A stretch of DNA of 33,523 bases from an uncultured Alphaproteobacteria bacterium (lineage in GTDB: Bacteria; Pseudomonadota; Alphaproteobacteria; JAJFIK01): positions 15,015 to 48,537 of the forward strand of contig CAYUYV010000001.1 in NCBI GenBank assembly GCA_964449455.1, given 5' to 3'. This document shows positions 16,949-25,577 of the stretch, piece by piece. Every line of letters starts with the position of its first letter. Position 1 is the stretch's first letter. A model generated the notes under the pieces. That model was not told the origin of the DNA and searched no databases. It saw only the letters and a list, made by a program, of their open reading frames with translations. The position numbers and the translations under genes are program-made.

Positions 16949-17081
16949 AGATCGTGCCCCTGTTCGTTTCCCTGAAGATTACGGCCGAGATGTAAAAAGA
17001 CCATCAGCGAGATGCAGCAGATCTGCTAAGAGGCGAAGCAAAGGGCATCCGTGAGGGGATGAAACACGGGAGGATCGAACC

Positions 17082-17477
17082 ATGATCACGCAAGGTATCG
17101 GCCTATTTGACCTGACGGGCACACGCCTTGACTATCTGGAGACCCGTCATTCGCTCATTGCTCAGAATGTTGCTAATGGGAACACGCCGGGCTTTCAGGC
17201 AAAAGATCTCGTGGCTTTTGAAAAGGCGATGGATGTTAGCCGTCATGTGCCGGTTGACAGAACCCATTCCGCACATCTGGTTCAGGACGGCGAGACTGAT
17301 CCGTTTCGGACGGATCATCGTCCGACAGTCTGGGAGACCGTGCCAAGCGGTAACTCAGTCAATCTGGAACATGAGATGATCAAGGCATCGGAGATTGCAG
17401 GAGCCCACTCTCTTATGTCCAACATTTATGCCAAGCATATGTCCATGTTGCGCATGGGTTTTTCCACCACGACATGA
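17082..17477 (+). CDS. flgB: Proximal rod protein FlgB
   Basis: RHSLIAQNVANGNTPGFQAKD, SGNSVNLEHEM; GGAGG RBS. Confidence 0.95.
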   Translation: MITQGIGLFDLTGTRLDYLETRHSLIAQNVANGNTPGFQAKDLVAFEKAMDVSRHVPVDRTHSAHLVQDGETDPFRTDHRPTVWETVPSGNSVNLEHEMIKASEIAGAHSLMSNIYAKHMSMLRMGFSTTT

Positions 17478-17507
17478 GTTTCGTCATCATCAGCTTAGTG
17501 AGGATCT

Positions 17508-17924
17508 ATGGACCCGCTCGCTCTGACCATGCGCGTGGCCGCGGCTGGCCTTGAGGCCCAGAGCACGCGTATGCGTGTGGTCTCGGAAAATATTGCCAAT
17601 GTGAACTCGACCGGAAACGCACAGGGTGCTGACCCTTTCCGGCGAAAGACCATCCAGTTTGAAAACTTACTCGACCGAGGGATGGGCGTGCATTTCGTGC
17701 AAGTGAAGGAGATCGGAGTGGATAAGAGTCCCTTTCGCTCCGTACACAGTCCAGGACATCCAGGTGCGGACGAGAATGGTTATGTCAAACATCCCAATGT
17801 CAATTCTCTGATTGAAATGACGGATCTGCGTGAGGCCAGCCGAAGCTATGAGGCCAATCTCAATGTGATCGAACAGGCCCGAAGCATGCTGACCCGAACC
17901 GTGGGGCTCCTTGAACGAACCTAA
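17508..17924 (+). CDS. flgC: Proximal rod protein FlgC
   Basis: AAAGLEAQSTRMRVVSENIAN, PFRRK, PGHPGADENGYV.HPNVN..EM, RSYEANL. Confidence 0.97.
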   Translation: MDPLALTMRVAAAGLEAQSTRMRVVSENIANVNSTGNAQGADPFRRKTIQFENLLDRGMGVHFVQVKEIGVDKSPFRSVHSPGHPGADENGYVKHPNVNSLIEMTDLREASRSYEANLNVIEQARSMLTRTVGLLERT

Positions 17925-17975
17925 TCTTTCGTCCGAGTATCGATCGGAGCATCTACAAAAATAGGAGTGGGGCGG

Positions 17976-18293
17976 ATGATCACACCATCCATAGGCGCCG
18001 TGGCGCAACTCTATTCTGAGTCGCGCACCTTGGGCGGGGATGGTCCTGGCGCGGCGCCGGATACGGCGGCTGTGGCGGCCGATTTCGGTGCGGCCATGAA
18101 GACGGCGGCGAGCCGGGCCATGGACACAGTCAATGAGGCCGAGCGCATGAGTGTCGCCGCGGCCCAGGGTAAAGCGAGTGTGAAGGACACAGTCCATGCT
18201 ATCGTTGAGGCTGAGATGACCGTCCATGCGATCGTCTCGGTACGAAACAAGCTGGTCGACGCCTATCAGGAAATTATGCGTATGCCGATTTGA
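17976..18293 (+). CDS. fliE: Hook-basal body protein FliE
   Basis: C-terminal VRNKLVDAYQEIMRMPI; AGGAG RBS before ATG 17976. Confidence 0.95.
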   Translation: MITPSIGAVAQLYSESRTLGGDGPGAAPDTAAVAADFGAAMKTAASRAMDTVNEAERMSVAAAQGKASVKDTVHAIVEAEMTVHAIVSVRNKLVDAYQEIMRMPI

Positions 18294-18301
18294 GGCACTC
18301 C

Positions 18302-18571
18302 ATGACTGAAGCGGACATTATCCAGATCGTGCGCGACGGGCTGTGGACAACACTGCTTGTCTCACTTCCCGTTCTGCTGACGGCAACGGGGGTCGGGCTC
18401 GTGATTGCTCTCCTTCAGGCCCTGACGCAGATTCAAGAGATGACACTGACATTCGTACCCAAGATCATCGCCATCTTGATGACATTGGGGATATCACTTC
18501 CCTTCATGATGCTCACCTTGCGCCGGTTTGTTGACCTTTTGTCTGATCAGATGGTCTCCCCCCACCCGTAA
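18302..18571 (+). CDS. fliQ: Export gate protein FliQ
   Basis: VGLVIALLQALTQIQEMTLTFVPKI; GAGG RBS before ATG 18302. Confidence 0.96.
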   Translation: MTEADIIQIVRDGLWTTLLVSLPVLLTATGVGLVIALLQALTQIQEMTLTFVPKIIAILMTLGISLPFMMLTLRRFVDLLSDQMVSPHP

Positions 18572-18607
18572 GGCTGTTCACGCGGTGACTTTCCCGAAAG
18601 GTGTGCC

Positions 18608-20677
18608 ATGGCCCCTGCGCTGTCCCTTGGTTCCGGCTTTGGTCATCGGGATGTCCTGTTTGCCGCAGGGATTCTCTTTGTCCTCACAATCTTGTTCCTC
18701 CCCATTCCGGCCTGGGCGCTGGATGTTGGTCTTGCCATCTCTCTGTCATTGAGCGTCTTGATCTTGATGGTTGTTCTGTGGATCGAAAAACCGATTGCAT
18801 TTTCATCCTTCCCCATGGTCCTGCTCGTGGCAACCATGCTGCGCCTTGCACTGAATATTGCATCAACACGGCTCATTCTGTCCCAAGGGCACAATGGAAC
18901 CAATGCCGCCGGTGGTGTGATCGAAGGGTTTTCCCAGTTCATCATGGGTGGGAACTTCGTCATTGGGATTATTGTCTTTGCCATCCTGGTGATCGTAAAC
19001 TTTGTCGTCATCACCAAGGGCGCGACACGTATTGCCGAAGTGGGGGCCCGGTTCACGCTTGACGCTATACCCGGCAAGCAGATGGCGATTGATGCGGATC
19101 TTTCCGCCGGGTTGATCGACGAGACGCAGGCTCGAACCCGGCGAAAGGAGCTCGAAGACGAAAGCACCTTTTTCGGTGCCATGGATGGCGCGTCAAAATT
19201 CGTGCGCGGAGATGCAGTTGCTGGACTGATCATCACCTTCATCAATGTCCTTGGTGGGATGATCATTGGCGTTGCGCAGATGGGAATGGATACCGGTGCC
19301 GCCGCAGCCGCCTATACCACCCTGACGGTCGGCGATGGGCTTGCCAGTCAGGTTCCCGCCGTCATCGTTTCGTTGGCCGCCGGTCTTCTTGTGGCCAAAG
19401 GCGGCACTCTTGGACGGGCTGAGCAGGCCGTTATGGATCAGCTCGGGGGATATCCCAAGGCATTGGCGATGGTCAGTATCTTGCTGCTGATTTTCGCGGC
19501 TGTTCCGGGGTTGCCGGCGCTGCCTTTCTTATGCATCGCCGCGGGTATGGGCAGCTTGAGTTGGATTCTCTTCCGAAAGGCCGCCTTAGAGACACCCAAT
19601 GAAGATGACCTGGAGGATGAGGGCATTCTCGATGCGTCCAGTACGGACGAGCGTGCTGAAGATGCATTGCAGGTCGAAGATATTCAGCTTGATGTCAATC
19701 CCCAACTGGTTGCGCATATTTCACAATCGGACAAGGGGCTTTCGCCTAAAATTAAGTCCCTCAGGCGCCGATTTGCACGGGATTATGGTTTTCTGCTGCC
19801 GCCTGTGCGCATCCGGGACAATGTTTATCTGCCCCATGAAAGTTATCGCATTTCGATCCAGGATATTGAAGTGGCGACGGGGCGGATCCGGATGCAACAC
19901 TGCCTGGTGATCGACCCGGCGGGGGAAAAGATCGACATGCCCGGCGAGGAAACCCGTGAGCCCACCTTCAACATGCCGGCCGTCTGGATCGATCCTGCGC
20001 GGGCGGAGGAAGCAGAGGCGAAGGGTTACACGGTCATTGATCCCGATAGCGTGATGGCCACTCATCTTGCCGAAGTGATCAGGGATCACTTGCCCCGTCT
20101 GCTGACCTATTCAGCGCTGCAACGGCTGCTTGACAGCTTGCCTGTGGAATATCACAAGTTGCTGCACGAACTCATCCCAGGACAGATGAGTGCCGTGATG
20201 CTCCAGAGAGTTCTTCAGGCTCTTTTGGAGGAAAGACTCTCCATCCGTAACTTGCCCATCATTCTGGAGGCCGTGACAGAGGCCGTATCCTGGACGCGGA
20301 ACATCACCATGATCGCGGAGCATGTACGCTCACGCCTCAGTCCACAGATTTGCAGTGCCCTCACCGCGCCGGATGGTTTCATCCCTGTCATTACGGTATC
20401 GCCCGCATGGGAACAGAGTTTCCTGGAAGCTATCCAGATTCAGGGGCAGGATCGGACCTTTTCCATGGCGCCAAGCCGGGTAAATGACTTCATTACCCAA
20501 GCGCGGGCTCGCATTCAGGAATACTCCACCATGGACTGTTGGCCGGCGATTTTGACGAGTGCAGAAACCAGGCCCTTCGTGCGCTCCCTTCTTGAGCGGG
20601 TGAGTGCAATGACACCCGTCATTTCCCATGCGGAACTCCATGCCAAAGCCGCTGTCCGGACCGTTGGCCAAATTTGA
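18608..20677 (+). CDS. flhA: Export apparatus protein FlhA
   Basis: RLALNIASTRLIL, VITKGATRIAEVGARFTLDAIPGKQMAIDADL, FFGAMDGASKFVRGDA; 689 aa. Confidence 0.98.
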   Translation: MAPALSLGSGFGHRDVLFAAGILFVLTILFLPIPAWALDVGLAISLSLSVLILMVVLWIEKPIAFSSFPMVLLVATMLRLALNIASTRLILSQGHNGTNAAGGVIEGFSQFIMGGNFVIGIIVFAILVIVNFVVITKGATRIAEVGARFTLDAIPGKQMAIDADLSAGLIDETQARTRRKELEDESTFFGAMDGASKFVRGDAVAGLIITFINVLGGMIIGVAQMGMDTGAAAAAYTTLTVGDGLASQVPAVIVSLAAGLLVAKGGTLGRAEQAVMDQLGGYPKALAMVSILLLIFAAVPGLPALPFLCIAAGMGSLSWILFRKAALETPNEDDLEDEGILDASSTDERAEDALQVEDIQLDVNPQLVAHISQSDKGLSPKIKSLRRRFARDYGFLLPPVRIRDNVYLPHESYRISIQDIEVATGRIRMQHCLVIDPAGEKIDMPGEETREPTFNMPAVWIDPARAEEAEAKGYTVIDPDSVMATHLAEVIRDHLPRLLTYSALQRLLDSLPVEYHKLLHELIPGQMSAVMLQRVLQALLEERLSIRNLPIILEAVTEAVSWTRNITMIAEHVRSRLSPQICSALTAPDGFIPVITVSPAWEQSFLEAIQIQGQDRTFSMAPSRVNDFITQARARIQEYSTMDCWPAILTSAETRPFVRSLLERVSAMTPVISHAELHAKAAVRTVGQI

Positions 20678-20685
20678 GGTGGGCA

Positions 20686-21447
20686 ATGGATGTTGAGCAG
20701 GCCTTCTTGACCTTGATCTATCCGATACTGATCGTTTTTGCCCGTATCGGCACATTCGTGATGGTCATGCCGGCCACATCGTCCAGCTTCGTGTCCGCCC
20801 GGTTCAGGTTGGCGTTTGCCATCGCTTTGTCCGTTGCGCTCGCACCAGTCATATCGACGTCCCAGGTGCCGGTGACAATACAGATGGGGACGCTTATTCC
20901 ATTGCTTGTTGGTGAAATGATTATTGGTCTTTTCATGGGACTTATCAGCCGGTTTCTGATCTATGCTCTTTCAATGGCTGGTCAGATCATTGGGCAGAGT
21001 ATTGGGTTGTCGAATATCTTTGTCCTGCCGGGAATGGGTGATGAAGTGGCGTCAGCCCTGTCGTCTCTCTTTGCCGTGACGGGAATTGTCCTCTTCCTCG
21101 TGACGGATCTTCACCATCTGGCTATTCAGGCTGCTGCGGCAAGTTTCGTAACGCTTCCCTTGGGTGAGGTGGTGGAAATTGGTCTCCTGGCTGAGCGTCT
21201 GGCGGGAACTCTTCAGTATAGTATCGCCCTGGCTGCCGCGTTGTCCGCGCCTTTTCTCATCTTGGGCTTTCTGTTCTATCTCGCCGTGGGTCTTATCAAT
21301 CGGATGATGATGAGCCTGCCTGTCTTTTTTATCAGTTTGCCGGTTGCGCTCGGGGGTGGGATTGCCATTCTCATGGTGTTGACAGGGGCAATTCTGACCA
21401 CTTTTGCCCAAGGTATGAGAGACGGCATCCTTCTTTATGGTCCGTAG
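20686..21447 (+). CDS. fliR: Export gate protein FliR
   Basis: Highly hydrophobic; VFARIG, GEMIIGLFMG, AGQIIGQSIGL, DLHH, GLINR; lies between flhA and flhB. Confidence 0.93.
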   Translation: MDVEQAFLTLIYPILIVFARIGTFVMVMPATSSSFVSARFRLAFAIALSVALAPVISTSQVPVTIQMGTLIPLLVGEMIIGLFMGLISRFLIYALSMAGQIIGQSIGLSNIFVLPGMGDEVASALSSLFAVTGIVLFLVTDLHHLAIQAAAASFVTLPLGEVVEIGLLAERLAGTLQYSIALAAALSAPFLILGFLFYLAVGLINRMMMSLPVFFISLPVALGGGIAILMVLTGAILTTFAQGMRDGILLYGP

Positions 21448-21455
21448 GGGGCGCG

Positions 21456-22538
21456 ATGTCAGAGGACCAGGACGAAAGCCAGAAGACGGAAGAGCCGACC
21501 GAGAAGCGCCTGCGTGATGCAAGGCAGAAGGGCAATTTGCCGATCTCACGCGAAGCTGGAACGCTTCTGTCCGTCTTTGTCATGTTGATCCTGGCCGCAT
21601 TCAGCGGGCCGGATGCGGCGGCACAAATTATGGTGGTACTGAAGGGTTTGTCGGCCAATGCGCACGACATTGCCATCGGAGATGTTATCGCCGATCCCAT
21701 GGCTGTCAGCGCCGGAATTCTTTGGGCTCTTCTGCCATCCCTCGCATTGATTTTCGGGGCCTTTGCCATTGGGGGGATCGCTGCCGCCGCCGGTCAGAAT
21801 GCCATCGCTGTTGCAGGGGACCGGATCAAACCAAAACTGAGCAATATCAGTCCCATCAAGGGTGTGTCACGTCTCTTCTCCTGGTCCTCGATTATGGAGT
21901 TCCTGAAAGGCATTGTAAAGATTGTCTTGATCGGGACTGTGACGAGTATGCTCATTCTATCCGACCTGGAGCGCATGGAGCTCATGGTTGGTGCCGATCT
22001 CTCCGTACTGCCCAGCCTGATTCGTGAGGCCGCGATAGAGCTGTTGCTGGTGACACTGATTGCCAGTGCCGTGATCGCCAGTGCGGACATTCTCTGGCGG
22101 CGTTGGGACTGGCGCAAAAAGCTTCGTATGACACGCCAGGACGTGAAGGATGAGCACAAACATTCAGAGGGCGATCCCCAGATCAAGGCGCGGGTCAGGG
22201 AGATTCGGCGGGAGAGGGCCCGTAAGCGCATGATGGCGGCCGTGCCTGACTCGACTGTCATCGTTACGAACCCAACCCATTATGCCGTGGCACTTAAATA
22301 TGACCGGGGCAGGATGCCTGCTCCCATTTGTGTCGCGAAAGGCGTGGATCGGACGGCTCTTCGAATCAAAGAGGTGGCGCGCAACCATTCCGTACCCATC
22401 ATCGAGAACCGGATCCTCGCACGCGCTCTCTACGGTACCGTGGAAATCGACCAGATCATTCCGAGAGAGCACTTTGAGACAGTCGCGGAAATCATCACCT
22501 ATGTCTACAAGATCGATCAAAGAGCGGTGCACAAATGA
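21456..22538 (+). CDS. flhB: Export switch protein FlhB
   Basis: KTEEPTEKRL..AR.KG, KLRMTRQDVKDEHKHSEGDP, NPTH autocleavage motif, VAKG, LARALY. Confidence 0.98.
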   Translation: MSEDQDESQKTEEPTEKRLRDARQKGNLPISREAGTLLSVFVMLILAAFSGPDAAAQIMVVLKGLSANAHDIAIGDVIADPMAVSAGILWALLPSLALIFGAFAIGGIAAAAGQNAIAVAGDRIKPKLSNISPIKGVSRLFSWSSIMEFLKGIVKIVLIGTVTSMLILSDLERMELMVGADLSVLPSLIREAAIELLLVTLIASAVIASADILWRRWDWRKKLRMTRQDVKDEHKHSEGDPQIKARVREIRRERARKRMMAAVPDSTVIVTNPTHYAVALKYDRGRMPAPICVAKGVDRTALRIKEVARNHSVPIIENRILARALYGTVEIDQIIPREHFETVAEIITYVYKIDQRAVHK

Positions 22539-22593
22539 TTGATGGATGATGCATACCCAGCAATGGATCCTGGCAGTCACATATGTGAATCAT

Positions 22594-23277
22594 TTATGTG
22601 GGCGTGAGGCGGCGGCGTTCAGCAAAGACGCGCATGACGCTTCGCGCAAGATCAACAGGCAATTGTGAAAGGATGGGCGCTGCGCGGCGATCCGGCATAT
22701 GTTCCAGGATCTGAACGATAATTGGAACATCCATGGATTTCAGGATTTCCGCCGCAGCCTTAGGCTTCATTGATTCATAGAGCGACCGCATACGATCAAT
22801 ATCCGCTTGAGCCTCCGATTCCAGCGTTGTGACCAGGGCCTCAATGTCACGGCGGAGATCGCTAAGCTGTTTAACTTCCTGTTCGGCACGGATGATTGTG
22901 GCTTCCGCGAGGGCACGCGCCTCCTGTACGGAGCGAGCCTCATATTTCAATCGCTCTCGCTCTTGATCAAGGGCTCTCATGGTTTCGACCGGTTCAACAT
23001 AGGCGCGGGCGATGGCGGTATCGAGCGTGTCGAGATAGGAGCAGGCCGGAGCAGTGGTGGTATCGCCGTCCGTGCCCTCAATTGCAGGGTCTTGGTCTGG
23101 TGCGTCAGCGAGGAGATCCCGCGCCCAGGGCCGATCATGGGCACCGAATTCATCCGCAGTCTGCCGTGCAGTCCGTCCCATGGCATCTTCCGAACGCGCA
23201 ATGACATCGCCTGCTTTGCCGATAGAAAGGGCGGCGAGGCTGATGGCTGCTAACGAAATCATCCGTTTCGGTATCAT
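22594..23277 (-). CDS. motE: MotE-family periplasmic motility protein
   Basis: Signal-like N-terminus, coiled coil, C-terminal MgtE_N-like LYESMKPKAAAEIL...MPDRRAAPILSQL; last gene of the fliL-fliM operon. Confidence 0.8.
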   Translation of the reverse strand: MIPKRMISLAAISLAALSIGKAGDVIARSEDAMGRTARQTADEFGAHDRPWARDLLADAPDQDPAIEGTDGDTTTAPACSYLDTLDTAIARAYVEPVETMRALDQERERLKYEARSVQEARALAEATIIRAEQEVKQLSDLRRDIEALVTTLESEAQADIDRMRSLYESMKPKAAAEILKSMDVPIIVQILEHMPDRRAAPILSQLPVDLARSVMRVFAERRRLTPT

Positions 23278-23876
23278 GGGCGCTCCCCCTGATCCATCTC
23301 ACGGGTAAGGGCCGACATATCTTCCGGACCCGTGCCATTATAGGTTCGAATTGATGCCAGCAAATCTGCGACCTCCGGTCTATGCTTGGCGGATGCGTGA
23401 GGCGGAGACCATTTGCGCAAAGGGGAGCCAGCGGAGGCTTTGGCCATTGTTGTCCCCTCCGGAAGGGGGGGAGTAACGGAAGGCGGCGGAGAAGGGGGCG
23501 CAGAACTGGCGGGTAGAGGGCCCCCCGATGTGATTTCATTTCCATCCGGCTCATGTTGCGCAGCATCGGCCGACGCCGAACGTAAACGCTGTTCCGCCCG
23601 CCGACAATGGGCAAGGAGGACCCGCAGTTCCCGGTTCTGCCGCGCACAGGCGTCCATGGACTGCTCCAGTGCCGCGCCGATGGTTTTCCCCGCAATCCTC
23701 ATCTCGTCAAACAGAGTCTTGGATTTATCAACCCGTACAGAAAATTCTTCAACGAGGGCACGCATGGCGCCAAAGCTGGACTGCAGTCTTCGCAACCGTT
23801 TTTCCACACGCAAGATCTGGAAGATGAGGGCAACGATGACAAGGACGATGAGGCCGTCAAAAACGAGTGTCATCAT
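23274..23876 (-). CDS. Bitopic coiled-coil, proline-rich membrane protein (PflI-like)
   Basis: N-terminal TM (FDGLIVLVIVALIFQIL), coiled coil, Pro-rich PLPASSAPPSPPPSVTPPLP. ATG 23876 overlaps the fliM stop and its own stop overlaps the motE start. Caulobacter pflI occupies the same position. Confidence 0.65.
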   Translation of the reverse strand: MMTLVFDGLIVLVIVALIFQILRVEKRLRRLQSSFGAMRALVEEFSVRVDKSKTLFDEMRIAGKTIGAALEQSMDACARQNRELRVLLAHCRRAEQRLRSASADAAQHEPDGNEITSGGPLPASSAPPSPPPSVTPPLPEGTTMAKASAGSPLRKWSPPHASAKHRPEVADLLASIRTYNGTGPEDMSALTREMDQGERP

Positions 23877-24898
23877 AGTTTGGGTGCTCCGTCCCAATCA
23901 TTTTGGTCAAGCAGGGATCCGTCGACTTTGACAGCGATATTGCCGTTGCGCTGACCCATCTCGCCGCGGAGGAGTTCCTGGTCTCGCAGCAGGAGTCGCA
24001 CGGTTGAGTCAGGTGTCATATCGAGCACGATTTGTGTGCCCTTTTTCCAGCGCAGGGCATCTCCGAGGGTGACGCGGGATTGAGACAATACCGCGCGCAA
24101 GTCCACGGTCATTTTCATCAGTTCATGTCTGAAATGCTGTTCCCAGGCACAATCACCACCGAAACTCTCCCCCATGAACACTTGGAGCAGCATGGCGCGG
24201 ACGGGCTCAAGGGTTGCATAAGGAATGACAAGGTCCAGATAGCCGGGCTGATCATTCACGCTCACGCGCATACGGATGAGTGCTGCAACATTGGTAGCGC
24301 GGCAGATCTGGGCAAGTTGCGGCGTGGTTTCAAATTGATCAACATCGAAACGCACCGGGGAAACGGGCTCGAATGCCGTACCGAGACAGTCCGAAAGATG
24401 TTTGGAAACCCGGCGCATCAGCCGCTGTTCAATGGATGTGAGGGGCCTGATTTCGGGGGTTTTTTGCCGATGGTTTCCTGCGCCCAGCAGCACCTCAACC
24501 ATATTGCTCACGAGGCGTGTGTCGAACACGAACATGCTGGAGCCATCCCATTCCGGGGCCTTTAGCACGGCCATGGCCGTCGGTACTGGGATTGTCGAGA
24601 TGTACTCACCAAACCGTACGGGGCCGATCGATTCGACATCCATCAGGACGCCGGCCCCCATCAATTGGCGCAGGCTGTCCGTTGCGCTACGGACGAACCG
24701 ATCCATGACGACGTCCAGCATCGGAAGTCGTTCATAGTTCACGATCGTGGAATCGGCGATCAGCTGCATAACCGATGGCGGTGGATGCAACGGGGATGTT
24801 CCCGTATCGTCCAGAAGCCGATCAATGTCATTCTGCTGCAAATGCAGACTCTCCGGGGGCGAGGCTTCGGTTGCCGTGCCGGTTTGATCCATGGTCAT
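23873..24898 (-). CDS. fliM: C-ring switch protein FliM
   Basis: LQQNDIDRLL N-terminal peptide, YERLPMLDVVMDR, RFGEYI, RPLTSIE, PYATLEPVR..L, FMGESFGGD..W, C-terminal SpoA domain. Confidence 0.95.
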   Translation of the reverse strand: MTMDQTGTATEASPPESLHLQQNDIDRLLDDTGTSPLHPPPSVMQLIADSTIVNYERLPMLDVVMDRFVRSATDSLRQLMGAGVLMDVESIGPVRFGEYISTIPVPTAMAVLKAPEWDGSSMFVFDTRLVSNMVEVLLGAGNHRQKTPEIRPLTSIEQRLMRRVSKHLSDCLGTAFEPVSPVRFDVDQFETTPQLAQICRATNVAALIRMRVSVNDQPGYLDLVIPYATLEPVRAMLLQVFMGESFGGDCAWEQHFRHELMKMTVDLRAVLSQSRVTLGDALRWKKGTQIVLDMTPDSTVRLLLRDQELLRGEMGQRNGNIAVKVDGSLLDQNDWDGAPKL

Positions 24899-25416
24899 TT
24901 GATCAGCAACTCCTGTATCAGGACGTCGGACACCGCATTGTGATTCAGAATGAGGTTGAAGCGGTGACGCAAGTCGAGGCGCAGCCTTGTCAGGCCTGCC
25001 GACCCCCTAAGGTCCGTATCGGTCAGTTCGGGAAGATAGCTGTTCAGCATGTCGAGCAGATAAGGCTGTCCACGGATTACCGCGTTAACCTTTTCCGGGT
25101 CGGTAACCAACGCGATGCGCACCCGCAAATGGCCCCCATGCGCAGCACTACGATTTACAATGACGATCGGGAGGTCAAATACGGTCGTCTTTGGGTCAGC
25201 CACTGCTGAAGAGGCTTCGTCTCGGAATGACACGGCGGCCAGGATCTGCTCGGTCCAACCGTCGAAGGCGAGGCGGCCGCCTCCGGCGAACACACCCGCC
25301 AGGACGGCGCCTCCGGCCAGGGTCATGAGTCCAAGTCCCGCCAGGACCCATCCCGCGATGCGGGGACCCATCGAAGTTTGTGAAGATTTTTCAAGAGTTT
25401 CGTCCGGTGCTGCCAT
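24895..25416 (-). CDS. fliL: Basal-body-associated protein FliL
   Basis: Single N-terminal TM, DLPIVIVN, YLPEL..TDLRGSAGLTRLR..L, VSDVLIQELLIK; overlaps the fliM start. ATG 25416 preferred over track start 25464. Confidence 0.88.
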   Translation of the reverse strand: MAAPDETLEKSSQTSMGPRIAGWVLAGLGLMTLAGGAVLAGVFAGGGRLAFDGWTEQILAAVSFRDEASSAVADPKTTVFDLPIVIVNRSAAHGGHLRVRIALVTDPEKVNAVIRGQPYLLDMLNSYLPELTDTDLRGSAGLTRLRLDLRHRFNLILNHNAVSDVLIQELLIK

Positions 25417-25577
25417 AAGACTGAAAGCCCTGATCCTGTATCGCTGTCTCCTGCGAAGGGGCACCCGGATGTTCCTAGAGCAAACGGGTTTCAGGCGACT
25501 TAAGCAGGAAGATCAAAGGTCAATCCTTTGCCGGATGAAATGAATGACTCTCTTCCTGTTTCTTGGCGGGGCTTCAA

